DNA of 64,000 nt, from IMG/VR virus record IMGVR_UViG_3300042865_001090. One strand, written 5' to 3'. The position numbers were made by a program, and so were the translations under genes. Below, in pieces: positions 1 through 10,764 of this stretch. Below the pieces are notes generated by a model. It had not been told where the DNA came from, searched no databases, and saw only the letters and a program-made list of their open reading frames with translations. The stretch's first letter is position 1; the number at the start of each line of letters is the position of its first letter. Origin of the DNA: an uncultured virus (IMG/VR IMGVR_UViG_3300042865_001090) (Duplodnaviria; Heunggongvirae; Uroviricota; Caudoviricetes).

Positions 1-2
1 GG

Positions 3-437
3 TTGCATTCACATCTCCGAAATGCAAATGGTTCCGGAACAAGCGGTTCATTTGCCTCAAGTCTTCACAGCAATCTCCGTCAGGCAACAGCATTTGGTGG
101 GGCCGCGGCTGGCGATGAAGCGAACGGCCTGCATACTGCACCAAGAGGCGCAAGTGGAAATGGAACTGGTTCATCATCATTAGCTCAATTGCTAACGATT
201 ATCAGAACCGCATCAGTAAGTGGTCAGAGTTCTCAATCAGCAACGCAATTAATAACAACACCGCTTACTGCAACTGGTCAAGGTGGAGCAACCGCAGGAG
301 ACACTGCAGTTGGATTGCACACCGCACCAAGAACCGCGAGTGGAACAGGCCATTCAAGCGAAACAGCAAGTTACGACACAGACCCAATCCAGGGAATTAC
401 AGCTGGATACTGGGGTATTCAGGCCCTTGTCAGCTGA
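3..437 (+). CDS. C-terminal part of a Ser/Thr/Gly/Ala-rich repetitive virion protein (5' end outside window)
   Basis: Frame is open from the window edge; repeated LH(T/S)xxRxAxGxG units; lies directly upstream of fibre genes. Confidence 0.6.
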   Translation: MHSHLRNANGSGTSGSFASSLHSNLRQATAFGGAAAGDEANGLHTAPRGASGNGTGSSSLAQLLTIIRTASVSGQSSQSATQLITTPLTATGQGGATAGDTAVGLHTAPRTASGTGHSSETASYDTDPIQGITAGYWGIQALVS

Positions 438-460
438 TATGGGGTAAACTAGGAGTAATC

Positions 461-1093
461 ATGGCAGCATATACACGCAAACAATATTCGGGCGCGGCTC
501 GCAATACGTTAACGACGACACTCTTGACGAATGTTGGAACAACTGTTGACATTGCGGCGACCACTGGGTGGCCATCCGTTGCTGGCATCCCTTTTTACGT
601 CGTAATTCAGCCGGCTTCAATCCATGAAGAAAAGTGCCTTGCAACCATCTCTGATTCAACACTTACCTTAACAAGAGCCCAAGATGACACGACTGCATCT
701 GAGCACCCAATTGGTTCGGTCATTTACCCGGTATTTACTGCAAATGATGCTGACGAAGCTAATGAACTCGTAAGCAAACTTACTACTAAAGGCGACCTGC
801 TCACTACTGATGGAACAAATCTCCTGCGACTTGGAGTTGGTCCAAACGGATACTTTCTAAAAGCAAGCACTTCGGCATCTGCCGGCGTTGAGTGGGCATC
901 GATACCGACAATCAACAGCCTTAATGACATTGGTGATGTAATCCTTGTCAGTGCCAGCATTGGGCAGGTTTTGACATATGACGGAACAAACTGGGTTAAT
1001 CAAAACTCCAGTATTGGTAGTGGTAATCTTGATGGTGGTAGTGCCGTGTCTAACTACGGAACAATTACCGCGCTAGACGGAGGTTCGGCATAA
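461..1093 (+). CDS. virion structural / tail-fibre attachment protein
   Basis: AGGAG SD upstream; LTLTRAQDDTTASEH motif, TTKGDLL and LNDIGDV fibre-type motifs, terminal LDGG motifs; TAATG overlap with next gene. Confidence 0.65.
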   Translation: MAAYTRKQYSGAARNTLTTTLLTNVGTTVDIAATTGWPSVAGIPFYVVIQPASIHEEKCLATISDSTLTLTRAQDDTTASEHPIGSVIYPVFTANDADEANELVSKLTTKGDLLTTDGTNLLRLGVGPNGYFLKASTSASAGVEWASIPTINSLNDIGDVILVSASIGQVLTYDGTNWVNQNSSIGSGNLDGGSAVSNYGTITALDGGSA

Positions 1094-4000
1094 TGGCTGT
1101 GAGAATTCAGATAAGACGCGATACGGCCAGCAACTGGACCTCTACTAATACCGTTCTTGCTGATGGTGAAATTGGTCTCGAAACAAACACCAGCAAAATC
1201 AAAATTGGTAATGGCTCTACTGCTTGGAACTCTCTTTCCTACTTTGTCGGCCATCTGCCCGGAGCAACACTCGATGCGCTCGGCGACGTAAATATAACGA
1301 GTGTTTCGAATGGCGATTTTCTTCGTTACAGCAGTTCTGCTTCAGCCTGGATTAATGACCCAGTAAACCTTTCAACCGACACGGTCGGAGACTATGTCCA
1401 GAGTCTGGTTGCTGGAACTGGCGTCACCGTAACAAACAACTCTGGGGAAGGAACAACGCCGACAGTTGCTATCGGTCAGGCTGTTGGAACTTCTGCTTCT
1501 GTAACTTTTGCAAATGTAACAGCAGACCTTGTCGGAGATGTTACTGGAAATTCCTCTACGGCAACGACACTTGAGACATCGCGAACAATCTCGCTTACTG
1601 GCGATGTGTCTGGTTCCGTATCATTCAACGGCTCTTCTGACGCAAGCATTACTGCAACGATTCAGCCAAACTCTGTCACCCTCGGCACCGACACAACAGG
1701 GAACTATGTAAACGATGTAACCGCTGGAACTGGCGTTTCGGTTACACACACCCCTGGTGAGGGTTCAAGCCCAACCATCGCAATTGGTCAGGCAGTTGGA
1801 ACTTCATCATCAGTGCAATTTGCTGCAGTTACTGCGCCGTTGGTTGGTAATGCCTCTACCGCAACCACCCTGGAAAATGCACGAACAATCTCTTTGGGTG
1901 GAGATGTCAGCGGCTCTGTTTCATTCAATGGCTCTTCCGATGTGACGATTAACGCAACCGTACAGCCAAACGCTGTCACTCTCGGTACAGACACCACTGG
2001 AGATTATGTTTCATCCCTGGTTGCAGGAACTGGCGTAGCCCTCACCAATAATACTGGAGAGTCAGCAACCCCTACCGTCGCAATTGGTCAGGATGTTGGG
2101 ACTTCTGCTTCGGTCACATTTGCCCATGTCTCTGCTCCAATCACTGGAAATGTAACTGGAAATGTTACTGGAAGTTCAGGTTCTACCACTGGAAACGCTG
2201 CGACTGCAACCGCCCTACAAAACGCACGCACCATATCACTTTCTGGTGATGTATCAGGTTCGGTTTCGTTTGACGGAACCAGCAACGTTTCAATTAGCGC
2301 AACAGTTGAGCCAAACTCGGTTGCGCTCGGTACCGATACAACTGGAAACTATGTCAATGACCTGACAGCCGGTACTGGTGTTTCGATAACCCACACACCC
2401 TCAGAGGGCTCAAGCCCAACCGTAGCCATTGGTCAATCGGTAGCAACTAGCGCATCTGTAACTTTTGCAAAAGTTGATACAACTGGCGACATTACCGTTG
2501 GCGGAAACCTGACAGTAAACGGAACCACAACCACTCTTAACACAGAGACGCTGGCGATTGAGGACAACATTGTTGTTCTGAACAGCAATGTCACTGGCTC
2601 ACCAGCAACCAATGCTGGTATCGAAGTAGAGCGAGGCGACTCTGCAAATGTTGTTCTGCGCTGGAACGAGTCGACCGATAAGTGGGAAACCACCAATGAT
2701 GGTTCTGCATATTCCGTAATTGCAACGAACGGAAACATTGCTCTAGGAACAGACACGACTGGCAACTATGTTAATGATTTGACCGCTGGAACGGGCGTTA
2801 CTGTAACGCACACTCCTGGCGAAGGTTCTTCTCCAACGGTAGCAATCGGACAGGCTGTAGGAACCTCATCGTCGGTACAATTCGCTGCAGTTACCGCTCC
2901 ATTAATTGGCAATGCCTCTACGGCTACAACTCTTGCTACTTCACGAACAATTGAACTAACTGGCGATGTGTCTGGCTCTGTATCGTTTAACGGTTCCGCA
3001 GATGCAAGCATCTCGGCGACAATTCAACCGAATTCGGTATCACTTGGCACCGACACAACTGGCAACTATGTTAATGATTTGACCGCTGGAACCGGCGTCA
3101 CCGTAACTCATACACCTGGGGAAGGCTCAAGTCCGACCGTAGCAATTGGTCAGGATGTATCAGCATCGGTTGCTCCAACATTTGCTGGTTTGAATCTAAA
3201 CGGAAGCATTGTTTTTGAAGGAGCAACTGCCAACGAGTTTGAAACAACTCTTTCAGTCACTGACCCAACCGCAGACAGAACTATTACCTTGCCTGATGCA
3301 TCAACGACTTTGGTTGGAACAGACACCACTCAAACTCTTTCTAATAAAACACTTACTACTCCAACCATAAATGGACCAGAAATCACGGCTACTGGTGGGA
3401 CTCCGAGAATTCATGGTATCTATCTTCCAGAACCACATTTCATTACATTTGAGGGTGCAACAACAGATGAGTTTGAAACAGTACTCACCGTTGTTAACCC
3501 AACTGCCGATAGAACCGTAAGCCTTCCCGATGCAAGCGGAACAGTTGCACTGAGTGGAACTATTGCTCTTGGAACGGACACCACTGGAAACTATGTAAAC
3601 GACCTGACAGCGGGCACGGGCGTTACCGTAACGCACACACCAGGAGAAGGCTCCAGCCCGACCGTGGCTATTGGTCAGTCGGTAGCCACGAGCGCGTCCG
3701 TAACATTCGCTCATGTTTCGGCACCAGTAACTGGAAACGTTACCGGTGATGTTTCTGGAAATGCAGGAACCGCTACAGCACTACAAAACCCACGCGCGAT
3801 TAGTCTTGGTGGTGACCTCAGTGGGTCAGTATCATTCAATGGAACATCCGATGTAACTATCACCGCAACAGTTCAACCAAATTCAGTAGCACTTGGGACC
3901 GACACATCTGGAGATTACGTTCAGTCGCTTGTCGCTGGTACTGGCGTAACACTTACCAACAACTCTGGTGAAACTTCTACCCCAACGGTAGCCATTGGAC

Positions 4001-5910
4001 AAGCCGTTGGGACAAGCGCCTCGGTTACATTTGCCAAAGTTGATACAACTGGCGATGTAGTTGTCGGTGGAAACCTTACGGTGAACGGAACAACGACCAC
4101 GCTCAATACAGAAACACTCGCCGTTGAGGACAACATCATTGTTCTTAATAACGGCGTTACTGGCTCGCCGACAACAAATGCTGGGATTGAAGTTGAGCGC
4201 GGAACATCTGCAAATGTCGCTCTTCGCTGGAATGAGACATCGGATAAGTGGGAACTCACTGAAGATGGAGCCACATACAATGAAATCGCAACCAACGATG
4301 AGGTAAGTGCAATAACCATCTCCATACTTGATGACATTGGTGATGTGTCTGCATCAGCAGCGGCTTCTGGCGACTTCCTCAAGTACAATGGCGCTGCGTG
4401 GGTCAACGACCCAATCAACCTAGGAACAGACACTGTTGGAAACTATGTCGCTGATGTTGTTTCAGGTACGGGAATCACCATCTCGCACACCCCTGGAGAA
4501 GGTTCATCGGCATCTGTTGCCCTTAACGCGACGCTGGATGACCTCAGCAATGTCACTGCTCCATCACCATCTGACGGAAACTTCCTCAAGTATGTTTCTG
4601 CTTCATCTGCATGGGTTCCTGCATCAATTCCGACCATCAACGCTCTTGACGATATTGGCGATGTCTCTGCTGCAGCGCCGACAACTGGACACTTCTTGCA
4701 GTGGAACGGTACTGCATGGATTCCTGCTGCTGCTGGTGGGGCACTTACTACGACATCTATTACGACAACTTCTGCAACTGAAATTTTTTCATTCGACCCA
4801 ACTTTACATGGAACCGCAGAAGTAACATTACAAATTAAACAAGGTGCTAAAAAAACTTCATCTCGTGCATTGGTGAATCATGACGGTTCATCAACCGCCC
4901 TATTGACACAGTATGCAAAATTGGAACATGGTTCTCCAGTAATTCCAGTAACGCTTGCGGCAAATTACGATACACAAGGGTCTTGGACTACACGTACCTC
5001 AAACTTTGGCAATACACACATCGACTCCGTGGCTTACGGCAACAACCTCTGGGTTGCCGGTGGAAACTATGGTCAACTTCGCACCTCCACTAACGCAACA
5101 ACTTGGACTACAAGAACGTCAAACTTTGGTAATACAGACATCAACTCCATCGCGTACGGCAACAACCTGTGGGTTGCTGCTGGAGACGCTGGTCAACTCC
5201 GTACATCCACAGACGCAATTACGTGGACCACACGCACATCAGACTTTACGAATCAGTACGGTCCTACGAACATCTTCGCCGTTGCCTACGGAAACAGCCT
5301 TTGGGTCGCTGGTGGAGATTATGGTAAACTTCGCACTTCAACCGACGCTATTACTTGGGATGAGCAAACCTCAAACTTTGGTAATACAGCCATCTTATCC
5401 GTCGCCTACGGGAACAATCTTTGGGTTGCTGGTGGCAATGATGGTCAACTTCGCACCTCGACCGACGCTATTACTTGGGTAACACGAACCTCAAACTTTG
5501 GCGTTTATACAATTACGTCCGTCGGTTACGACAGCAACCTCTGGGTTGCTGGTGGTACTGCTGGTCTAATTCGTACCTCAACAGACGGTACAACTTGGAC
5601 AACCAGAACATCTAACTTCCTTTTTAGCATCAAATCTATTGACTACGGCAACAACCTTTGGGTGGCTGCGGGGTATTACGGAGACATGCGTACCTCAACA
5701 GATGCAATAACTTGGGTAACACAAACTTCAAACTTTACTTCAACAATCCGCTCCGTCGCCTACGGCAACAGCCTCTGGGTTGCTGCTGGATATAGCGGTC
5801 AACTCAGAACATCTGTAGATTCAGATAAAGTTATAGTTACTGCAACTATTACAGACGCAAACGTAACTACTGCAACAAGTAAAGCAACTATCGTGTTGAC
5901 GGAGGAATAG
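1093..5910 (+). CDS. long tail fibre: Mtd-N-like N-terminal domain, repetitive shaft, C-terminal 7-bladed beta-propeller
   Basis: N-terminus RIQIRRDTASNWTSTNTVLADGEIGLETNTSKIKIGNG resembles the Mtd/hyaluronidase N-terminal fibre domain; recurring LGTDTTGNYV...AIGQ shaft units; 7 WTTRTSNF blades at about 4981-5820. Confidence 0.8.
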   Translation: MAVRIQIRRDTASNWTSTNTVLADGEIGLETNTSKIKIGNGSTAWNSLSYFVGHLPGATLDALGDVNITSVSNGDFLRYSSSASAWINDPVNLSTDTVGDYVQSLVAGTGVTVTNNSGEGTTPTVAIGQAVGTSASVTFANVTADLVGDVTGNSSTATTLETSRTISLTGDVSGSVSFNGSSDASITATIQPNSVTLGTDTTGNYVNDVTAGTGVSVTHTPGEGSSPTIAIGQAVGTSSSVQFAAVTAPLVGNASTATTLENARTISLGGDVSGSVSFNGSSDVTINATVQPNAVTLGTDTTGDYVSSLVAGTGVALTNNTGESATPTVAIGQDVGTSASVTFAHVSAPITGNVTGNVTGSSGSTTGNAATATALQNARTISLSGDVSGSVSFDGTSNVSISATVEPNSVALGTDTTGNYVNDLTAGTGVSITHTPSEGSSPTVAIGQSVATSASVTFAKVDTTGDITVGGNLTVNGTTTTLNTETLAIEDNIVVLNSNVTGSPATNAGIEVERGDSANVVLRWNESTDKWETTNDGSAYSVIATNGNIALGTDTTGNYVNDLTAGTGVTVTHTPGEGSSPTVAIGQAVGTSSSVQFAAVTAPLIGNASTATTLATSRTIELTGDVSGSVSFNGSADASISATIQPNSVSLGTDTTGNYVNDLTAGTGVTVTHTPGEGSSPTVAIGQDVSASVAPTFAGLNLNGSIVFEGATANEFETTLSVTDPTADRTITLPDASTTLVGTDTTQTLSNKTLTTPTINGPEITATGGTPRIHGIYLPEPHFITFEGATTDEFETVLTVVNPTADRTVSLPDASGTVALSGTIALGTDTTGNYVNDLTAGTGVTVTHTPGEGSSPTVAIGQSVATSASVTFAHVSAPVTGNVTGDVSGNAGTATALQNPRAISLGGDLSGSVSFNGTSDVTITATVQPNSVALGTDTSGDYVQSLVAGTGVTLTNNSGETSTPTVAIGQAVGTSASVTFAKVDTTGDVVVGGNLTVNGTTTTLNTETLAVEDNIIVLNNGVTGSPTTNAGIEVERGTSANVALRWNETSDKWELTEDGATYNEIATNDEVSAITISILDDIGDVSASAAASGDFLKYNGAAWVNDPINLGTDTVGNYVADVVSGTGITISHTPGEGSSASVALNATLDDLSNVTAPSPSDGNFLKYVSASSAWVPASIPTINALDDIGDVSAAAPTTGHFLQWNGTAWIPAAAGGALTTTSITTTSATEIFSFDPTLHGTAEVTLQIKQGAKKTSSRALVNHDGSSTALLTQYAKLEHGSPVIPVTLAANYDTQGSWTTRTSNFGNTHIDSVAYGNNLWVAGGNYGQLRTSTNATTWTTRTSNFGNTDINSIAYGNNLWVAAGDAGQLRTSTDAITWTTRTSDFTNQYGPTNIFAVAYGNSLWVAGGDYGKLRTSTDAITWDEQTSNFGNTAILSVAYGNNLWVAGGNDGQLRTSTDAITWVTRTSNFGVYTITSVGYDSNLWVAGGTAGLIRTSTDGTTWTTRTSNFLFSIKSIDYGNNLWVAAGYYGDMRTSTDAITWVTQTSNFTSTIRSVAYGNSLWVAAGYSGQLRTSVDSDKVIVTATITDANVTTATSKATIVLTEE
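1370..4530 (+). repeat. modular shaft repeats of the long fibre
   Basis: About 9 copies of LGTDTxG(N/D)YVxxLxAGTGVx(V/L)T(H/N)xxGExSxPTVAIGQ interleaved with RTISLxGDVSGSVSFxG and GGNLTVNGTTTTLNTETLA(I/V)EDN modules; identical ggcaactatgttaatgatttgaccgctggaac at 2761 and 3061. Confidence 0.85.
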
Positions 5911-5912
5911 AC

Positions 5913-7139
5913 ATGGCCTTATCAAATTTTGTAGTTAGTGAAAATGTTATTGCGGACAATTTGCCCTCATTTGACGAGGTCGCAGTTTCGGCATCTACAG
6001 TAACAACCATTTCATCTTTTAATAAAGATGTTGCAGACAATGTTGAATTCACCGTAAAAGTCACACAGGGTATCCGCAGGTATTCATCGAAGTCCCTTGC
6101 GCTGCACGATGGTTCAACTGTTGATTTGGCTCAGTATGGGGAACTGTCGATTGCTGGCTATAATCCACCTAGCACTTGGACCACCCGAACTTCAAACTTT
6201 GGTAATACGACCATCCGCTCCGTCGCATACGGAAATAACCTGTGGGTCGCTGCAGGTGGATATAGTCCCGTACTCGCCACATCCACAGACGCGGTCACAT
6301 GGACCACACGAACATCAAACTTTGGTTCCTACAACATCAACTCTGTCGCCTACGGAAACTTATGGGTCGCTGGTGGGAACGAAGGTAGACTGCGCACCTC
6401 AACGGACGGAACAACTTGGACTACAAGAACTTCAAACTTTGGTAATACACACATCAAATCCGTCGCTTTTGGCAATAATCTATGGGTTGCGGGTGGATAC
6501 TATGGTCAACTTCGTACATCAACAGACGCAGTAACTTGGACAACCAGAACATCAAACTTTGGTAATACACACATCCTCGCCGTCGCTTATGGCAACAACC
6601 TCTGGGTCGCTTCTGGATACTCTGGACAAATTCGTACCTCTACAGACGGAACAACCTGGACGACCAGAACATCCAACTTTGGTAATTCACGCATCCTCTC
6701 CGTTGCCTACGGAAACAACCTTTGGGTCGCTGGTGGGGATGGTAGTGAAGTAAGAACCTCAACCGATGCAGTAACTTGGACAACCAGAACATCAACCTTT
6801 TCTAGTAACAACAGTATTAAGTCCATTGCTTTTGGCGCCAGTTTCTGGGTTGCTGCTGGGTACAACAACGGTCAACTGTCTACCTCAAGCGATGCCATTA
6901 CCTGGACCACACAAACCTCAAACTTTGGTAATACAAACATCCACTCACTCGCTTACGGCAATAATCTTTGGGTGCTTGGTGGTGGCTACGGTCAAATCCG
7001 CACATCAGCCGTAGCATCGATAGCAATACCACTGACACTCTCCGCTGACATTTCTGGTTCAGATGTTCGACTGCGTGCAACTATTACAGACGCGAATACA
7101 TATGGTGCCACGGTAAAGGTGCTTAAGACAGTCCTCTAG
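5913..7139 (+). CDS. putative receptor-binding/fibre-tip protein with one 7-bladed propeller
   Basis: 7 blades inserted in a host domain with the pattern F..K..QG..Y.SK..LHDG...QYG / IPLTLSADISGSDVRLRAT; GGAGG SD. Confidence 0.75.
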   Translation: MALSNFVVSENVIADNLPSFDEVAVSASTVTTISSFNKDVADNVEFTVKVTQGIRRYSSKSLALHDGSTVDLAQYGELSIAGYNPPSTWTTRTSNFGNTTIRSVAYGNNLWVAAGGYSPVLATSTDAVTWTTRTSNFGSYNINSVAYGNLWVAGGNEGRLRTSTDGTTWTTRTSNFGNTHIKSVAFGNNLWVAGGYYGQLRTSTDAVTWTTRTSNFGNTHILAVAYGNNLWVASGYSGQIRTSTDGTTWTTRTSNFGNSRILSVAYGNNLWVAGGDGSEVRTSTDAVTWTTRTSTFSSNNSIKSIAFGASFWVAAGYNNGQLSTSSDAITWTTQTSNFGNTNIHSLAYGNNLWVLGGGYGQIRTSAVASIAIPLTLSADISGSDVRLRATITDANTYGATVKVLKTVL

Positions 7140-7192
7140 TATTAAGTAGTATTATTTATTAAAACCATACACCTCGGGGAGAATGAACTGAG

Positions 7193-8500
7193 ATGGCTGA
7201 TAAAAACTTCAAGGTAAAAAACGGCTTAGACATTGGCGACAGTAGGATAGAACCTACGACCACTTCGGTTACTACAAATAACGAAACAACTATTGCGACA
7301 TTTGATAAATCAACAGCAAAATCCGCAGAGTTTATTGTCGAGGTCGGTCAAGGCGAACGAGCATATTCTGCAAAGGTTTTTACACTGCACAACGGAACGA
7401 CTGCTGATTTTACAAAATACGGAGATTTATCATTTTCTGCTGTTGAATTAGACTTTACCACTGTTGGGATAACATGGACTACGCAACAATCAAACTTTGG
7501 AAGCAGCAACATCCGCTCCGTTGCTCACGCCAACAACCTCTGGGTTGCTGCTGGAGATAGTGGCGCACTCGGCACATCAACCGATGCAATCACCTGGACC
7601 ACAAGAACATCAAACTTTGAACCTAATGTTATGGGCAACATCTTCTCCGTGGCATACGGCAACAGCCTTTGGGTTGCTGGTGGATACGGAGGTCAAATCC
7701 GTACCTCAACTGATGCAATCACCTGGACGACGCAAACATCGAACTTTGGTAATACAACCATCCGCTCCGTTGCCTACGGAAATAATCTCTGGGTTGCGGG
7801 TGGACGCAGTGGTCAACTCAGAACTTCAACTGATGCAATTACTTGGACAACAAGAACCTCTAACTTCCCATCCAATTTTACTGGAGATATTTTCACCGTC
7901 TCATACGGTAACAACCTGTGGGTCGCTGGCGGATATTACGGTCAACTTCGTACCTCAACTGACGCAATAACCTGGACCACAAGAACATCAAACTTTGGTA
8001 ATTACAACGTCCGCTCCGTTGCCTACGGAAATAATCTCTGGGTTGCTGGTGGAGAGGTTGGTGAACTCCGTACATCCACCGATGCAATCACTTGGACAAC
8101 ACGGACTTCCACCTTTGGTTATAGAAGAATTATTTCTGTCGCCTACGGCAATAACCTTTGGGTGGCTGCTGGCTACGATGGTCAAATCCGCACCTCAACC
8201 GACGCAATCACCTGGACTACTAGAACTTCAAACTTTGAAACTGATTCTATGGGCAACATCTTCTCCGTCGCCTATGGCAACAACCTTTTTGTTGCTGGTG
8301 GGAGATTTGGAAACCTCCGCACCTCTCTTCCAGGTAGTTCCTCGCGTTATGTCGGCGGTTTAACATCATCTGCATCAGCAACATTCAACGCCGATATATC
8401 AGGTTCCGATGTGCGTCTTCGTATTACAATTCCTGATGCTGCAACAATGAACGCAACTGTTAATGTTTTGACAACAACCGTAGGAGAATCGCAATCATGA
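7193..8500 (+). CDS. putative receptor-binding protein with one 7-bladed propeller
   Basis: MADKNFKVKNGL start, 7 blades, FNADISGSDVRLR C-terminus. Confidence 0.75.
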   Translation: MADKNFKVKNGLDIGDSRIEPTTTSVTTNNETTIATFDKSTAKSAEFIVEVGQGERAYSAKVFTLHNGTTADFTKYGDLSFSAVELDFTTVGITWTTQQSNFGSSNIRSVAHANNLWVAAGDSGALGTSTDAITWTTRTSNFEPNVMGNIFSVAYGNSLWVAGGYGGQIRTSTDAITWTTQTSNFGNTTIRSVAYGNNLWVAGGRSGQLRTSTDAITWTTRTSNFPSNFTGDIFTVSYGNNLWVAGGYYGQLRTSTDAITWTTRTSNFGNYNVRSVAYGNNLWVAGGEVGELRTSTDAITWTTRTSTFGYRRIISVAYGNNLWVAAGYDGQIRTSTDAITWTTRTSNFETDSMGNIFSVAYGNNLFVAGGRFGNLRTSLPGSSSRYVGGLTSSASATFNADISGSDVRLRITIPDAATMNATVNVLTTTVGESQS

Positions 8501-9756
8501 CCGAAAAAAACTTTGTTGTTTCTAAAAACATTGTGGCGCAGAACACCCCCGTCTTTAACCAAACCACTATCTCAACAGTATCAGAAACAACTATCGCCAC
8601 ATTCAATAGCACTGCCGCGGAATCTGCGGATTGTATTGTAAAAGTAGAACAAGGCAACCGCCGATTCTCTGGTAAATTACTTGTTGTTCATAATGGAACT
8701 ACAGCAAATGCTACAAAGTACGGTGACTCGTCTATTGCTGAAACAGCAGCGGGCTTGACAATTTGGACTACTAGAACCTCAAACTTTGGCGATACACAGC
8801 ACCGCGCTGTCGCCTTTGGCAACAATCTCTGGGTTGCTGGTGGGTACTCGGGTCAAATCCGTACTTCTACCGACTCAATTACTTGGACAACCCGTACCTC
8901 AAACTTTGGGTTTGACATTATCCGCTCCGTTGCCTACGGCAATAACCTTTGGGTTGCTGGAGGTGGTTACGGTCAAATACGTACCTCAACCGACGCAACA
9001 ACCTGGACTACCAGAACATCAAACTTTGGTAATACACGCACCCGCACCGTAGCCTTTGGCAACAATCTCTGGGTTGCTGGTGGGTACTCGGGTCAACTCC
9101 GTACTTCGACAGATGGCACCACTTGGACAACACGGACCTCAAACTTTGGAGCCACAGCCATCCTTTCCGTCGCCTTTGGCAACAACCTGTGGGTTGCTGG
9201 TGGTAGTGCTGGTCAACTCCGAACCTCTACAGACGCTGTAACTTGGACCACAAGGACTTCGAACTTTGGTAATTATGGCATCAACGTCGTAGCCTACGGA
9301 AACAATCTTTGGGTTGCTGGTGCTGGTGGTGGTCGACTTCGGACATCGACTGACGGTACAACTTGGACCACAAGGACTTCGAACTTTGGTAATTATTCCA
9401 TCGTCTCCGTTGCCTACGGAAACAACATTTGGACGGCTGGCGGCAGCAACAATGAAATCCGCACCTCTACCGATGCAATAACTTGGACCACGAGAAACTT
9501 CAACGTTACTGGGTCAAATATAATCTGGTCCATCGCCTACGGCAACGGAGTTTGGGTCGCTGTATCTGGCAATGATATGCGCACCTCTCTTGGAGATAGT
9601 GCCGCATATTATGTCGGCGGTTTGACATCTGCTCCATCGGTGACATTCAACGCCGATATATCAGGTTCCGATGTGCGCATTCGTATGGCAATTCCCGATG
9701 CCGACTCAAACAACGCAACTGTTAATGTTTTGACAACAACGGTAGCAGAATCGTAA
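8497..9756 (+). CDS. putative receptor-binding protein with one 7-bladed propeller
   Basis: Paralog of 7193..8500 (shared YVGGLTS...FNADISGSDVR tail); ATGA overlap. Confidence 0.75.
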   Translation: MTEKNFVVSKNIVAQNTPVFNQTTISTVSETTIATFNSTAAESADCIVKVEQGNRRFSGKLLVVHNGTTANATKYGDSSIAETAAGLTIWTTRTSNFGDTQHRAVAFGNNLWVAGGYSGQIRTSTDSITWTTRTSNFGFDIIRSVAYGNNLWVAGGGYGQIRTSTDATTWTTRTSNFGNTRTRTVAFGNNLWVAGGYSGQLRTSTDGTTWTTRTSNFGATAILSVAFGNNLWVAGGSAGQLRTSTDAVTWTTRTSNFGNYGINVVAYGNNLWVAGAGGGRLRTSTDGTTWTTRTSNFGNYSIVSVAYGNNIWTAGGSNNEIRTSTDAITWTTRNFNVTGSNIIWSIAYGNGVWVAVSGNDMRTSLGDSAAYYVGGLTSAPSVTFNADISGSDVRIRMAIPDADSNNATVNVLTTTVAES

Positions 9757-9843
9757 TCACTACTAAAAAAATAAAGGTATCTTGCCTAGATTTGGAATCA
9801 ACAGCAATTATGAAAAAAGAAACAATATTCCAATAGGTTCTTT

Positions 9844-10764
9844 TTAGATATTCTTAATAACCTGTTCCCACTGGTCTACAATTCTGTCCCATGAGTAAAA
9901 GTGATTAAAGTATCGTGACTGCTGTTTAAGCATGGGTTCATAATCCCAGTAGTTATCAATGGCTTGGTTTAGTGCAGAAGCGTATTTTTCTGCAATGCTT
10001 TTTTTATCAATCTGAATAGGAACCAGTGTCGCAAACTCTGCTCCAGTTTCAGCCAACGCCCCAAGATTCTGCCCGATAATTTTGCAACCAGCCGCACCAG
10101 CCTCAATCATCGCTAGGCAACAAGTTTCTTCAAACATGCTTGGGTAGGCAAAGATGTGTGCTTGCTGGAGAGCGGCAGTAACTTCGGTGTTTGGCGCGTA
10201 CCCCATATAAAACACATTCTTCATGTTCTTTGCTCGCTCAAAAAGCGCCGTGTATTCACTGCCATGCTTTAGGTCGTAATCGGTGCCATAGACAATGGTT
10301 GATGAATAGACATAGAGTTCTACATCGTCACGGTCAAGCAACTCAAACGAGTCAAGCAATACATCTAGTCCACGGAAAGGCGCAGATGTATAGATGAGGC
10401 GAATCTTCTCGCCCTTCTTGCGCTGTTGGTATTCAACTGGCTCAATGGCGTTCTTAATTACATGTGCATTATCGACTGGGATATGGTACACATAGCGGAA
10501 CTTCTCGTGCTGCCAGTGAGATACATAGACATAAGCATCGATGCAGCGGGTGAAGAATTTGTTGGTCATTCCCTGTGTTAGCGGCTCGTTGTAGTTGAGG
10601 TGCTGCCAAAGGATGTTCTTTTTGCTCATGTCAATCTGGTCTTCAGTGCACCGTGAAAGAATAAGGTTGACATTGTAGTCATCAAAGTTAATCCTCTTAC
10701 GGAGTCCATCTTCCATGATGTCCGAACCTCCCCGTGGAGGAAGTTTGGCGCTCAACTCGGCCAT
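9844..10764 (-). CDS. GT-B fold (GT4-like) glycosyltransferase
   Basis: YTSAPFRGL, then AHIFAYPSMFEETCCLAMIEA (ExxxxxxxE), GALAE motifs. Confidence 0.85.
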   Translation of the reverse strand: MAELSAKLPPRGGSDIMEDGLRKRINFDDYNVNLILSRCTEDQIDMSKKNILWQHLNYNEPLTQGMTNKFFTRCIDAYVYVSHWQHEKFRYVYHIPVDNAHVIKNAIEPVEYQQRKKGEKIRLIYTSAPFRGLDVLLDSFELLDRDDVELYVYSSTIVYGTDYDLKHGSEYTALFERAKNMKNVFYMGYAPNTEVTAALQQAHIFAYPSMFEETCCLAMIEAGAAGCKIIGQNLGALAETGAEFATLVPIQIDKKSIAEKYASALNQAIDNYWDYEPMLKQQSRYFNHFYSWDRIVDQWEQVIKNI

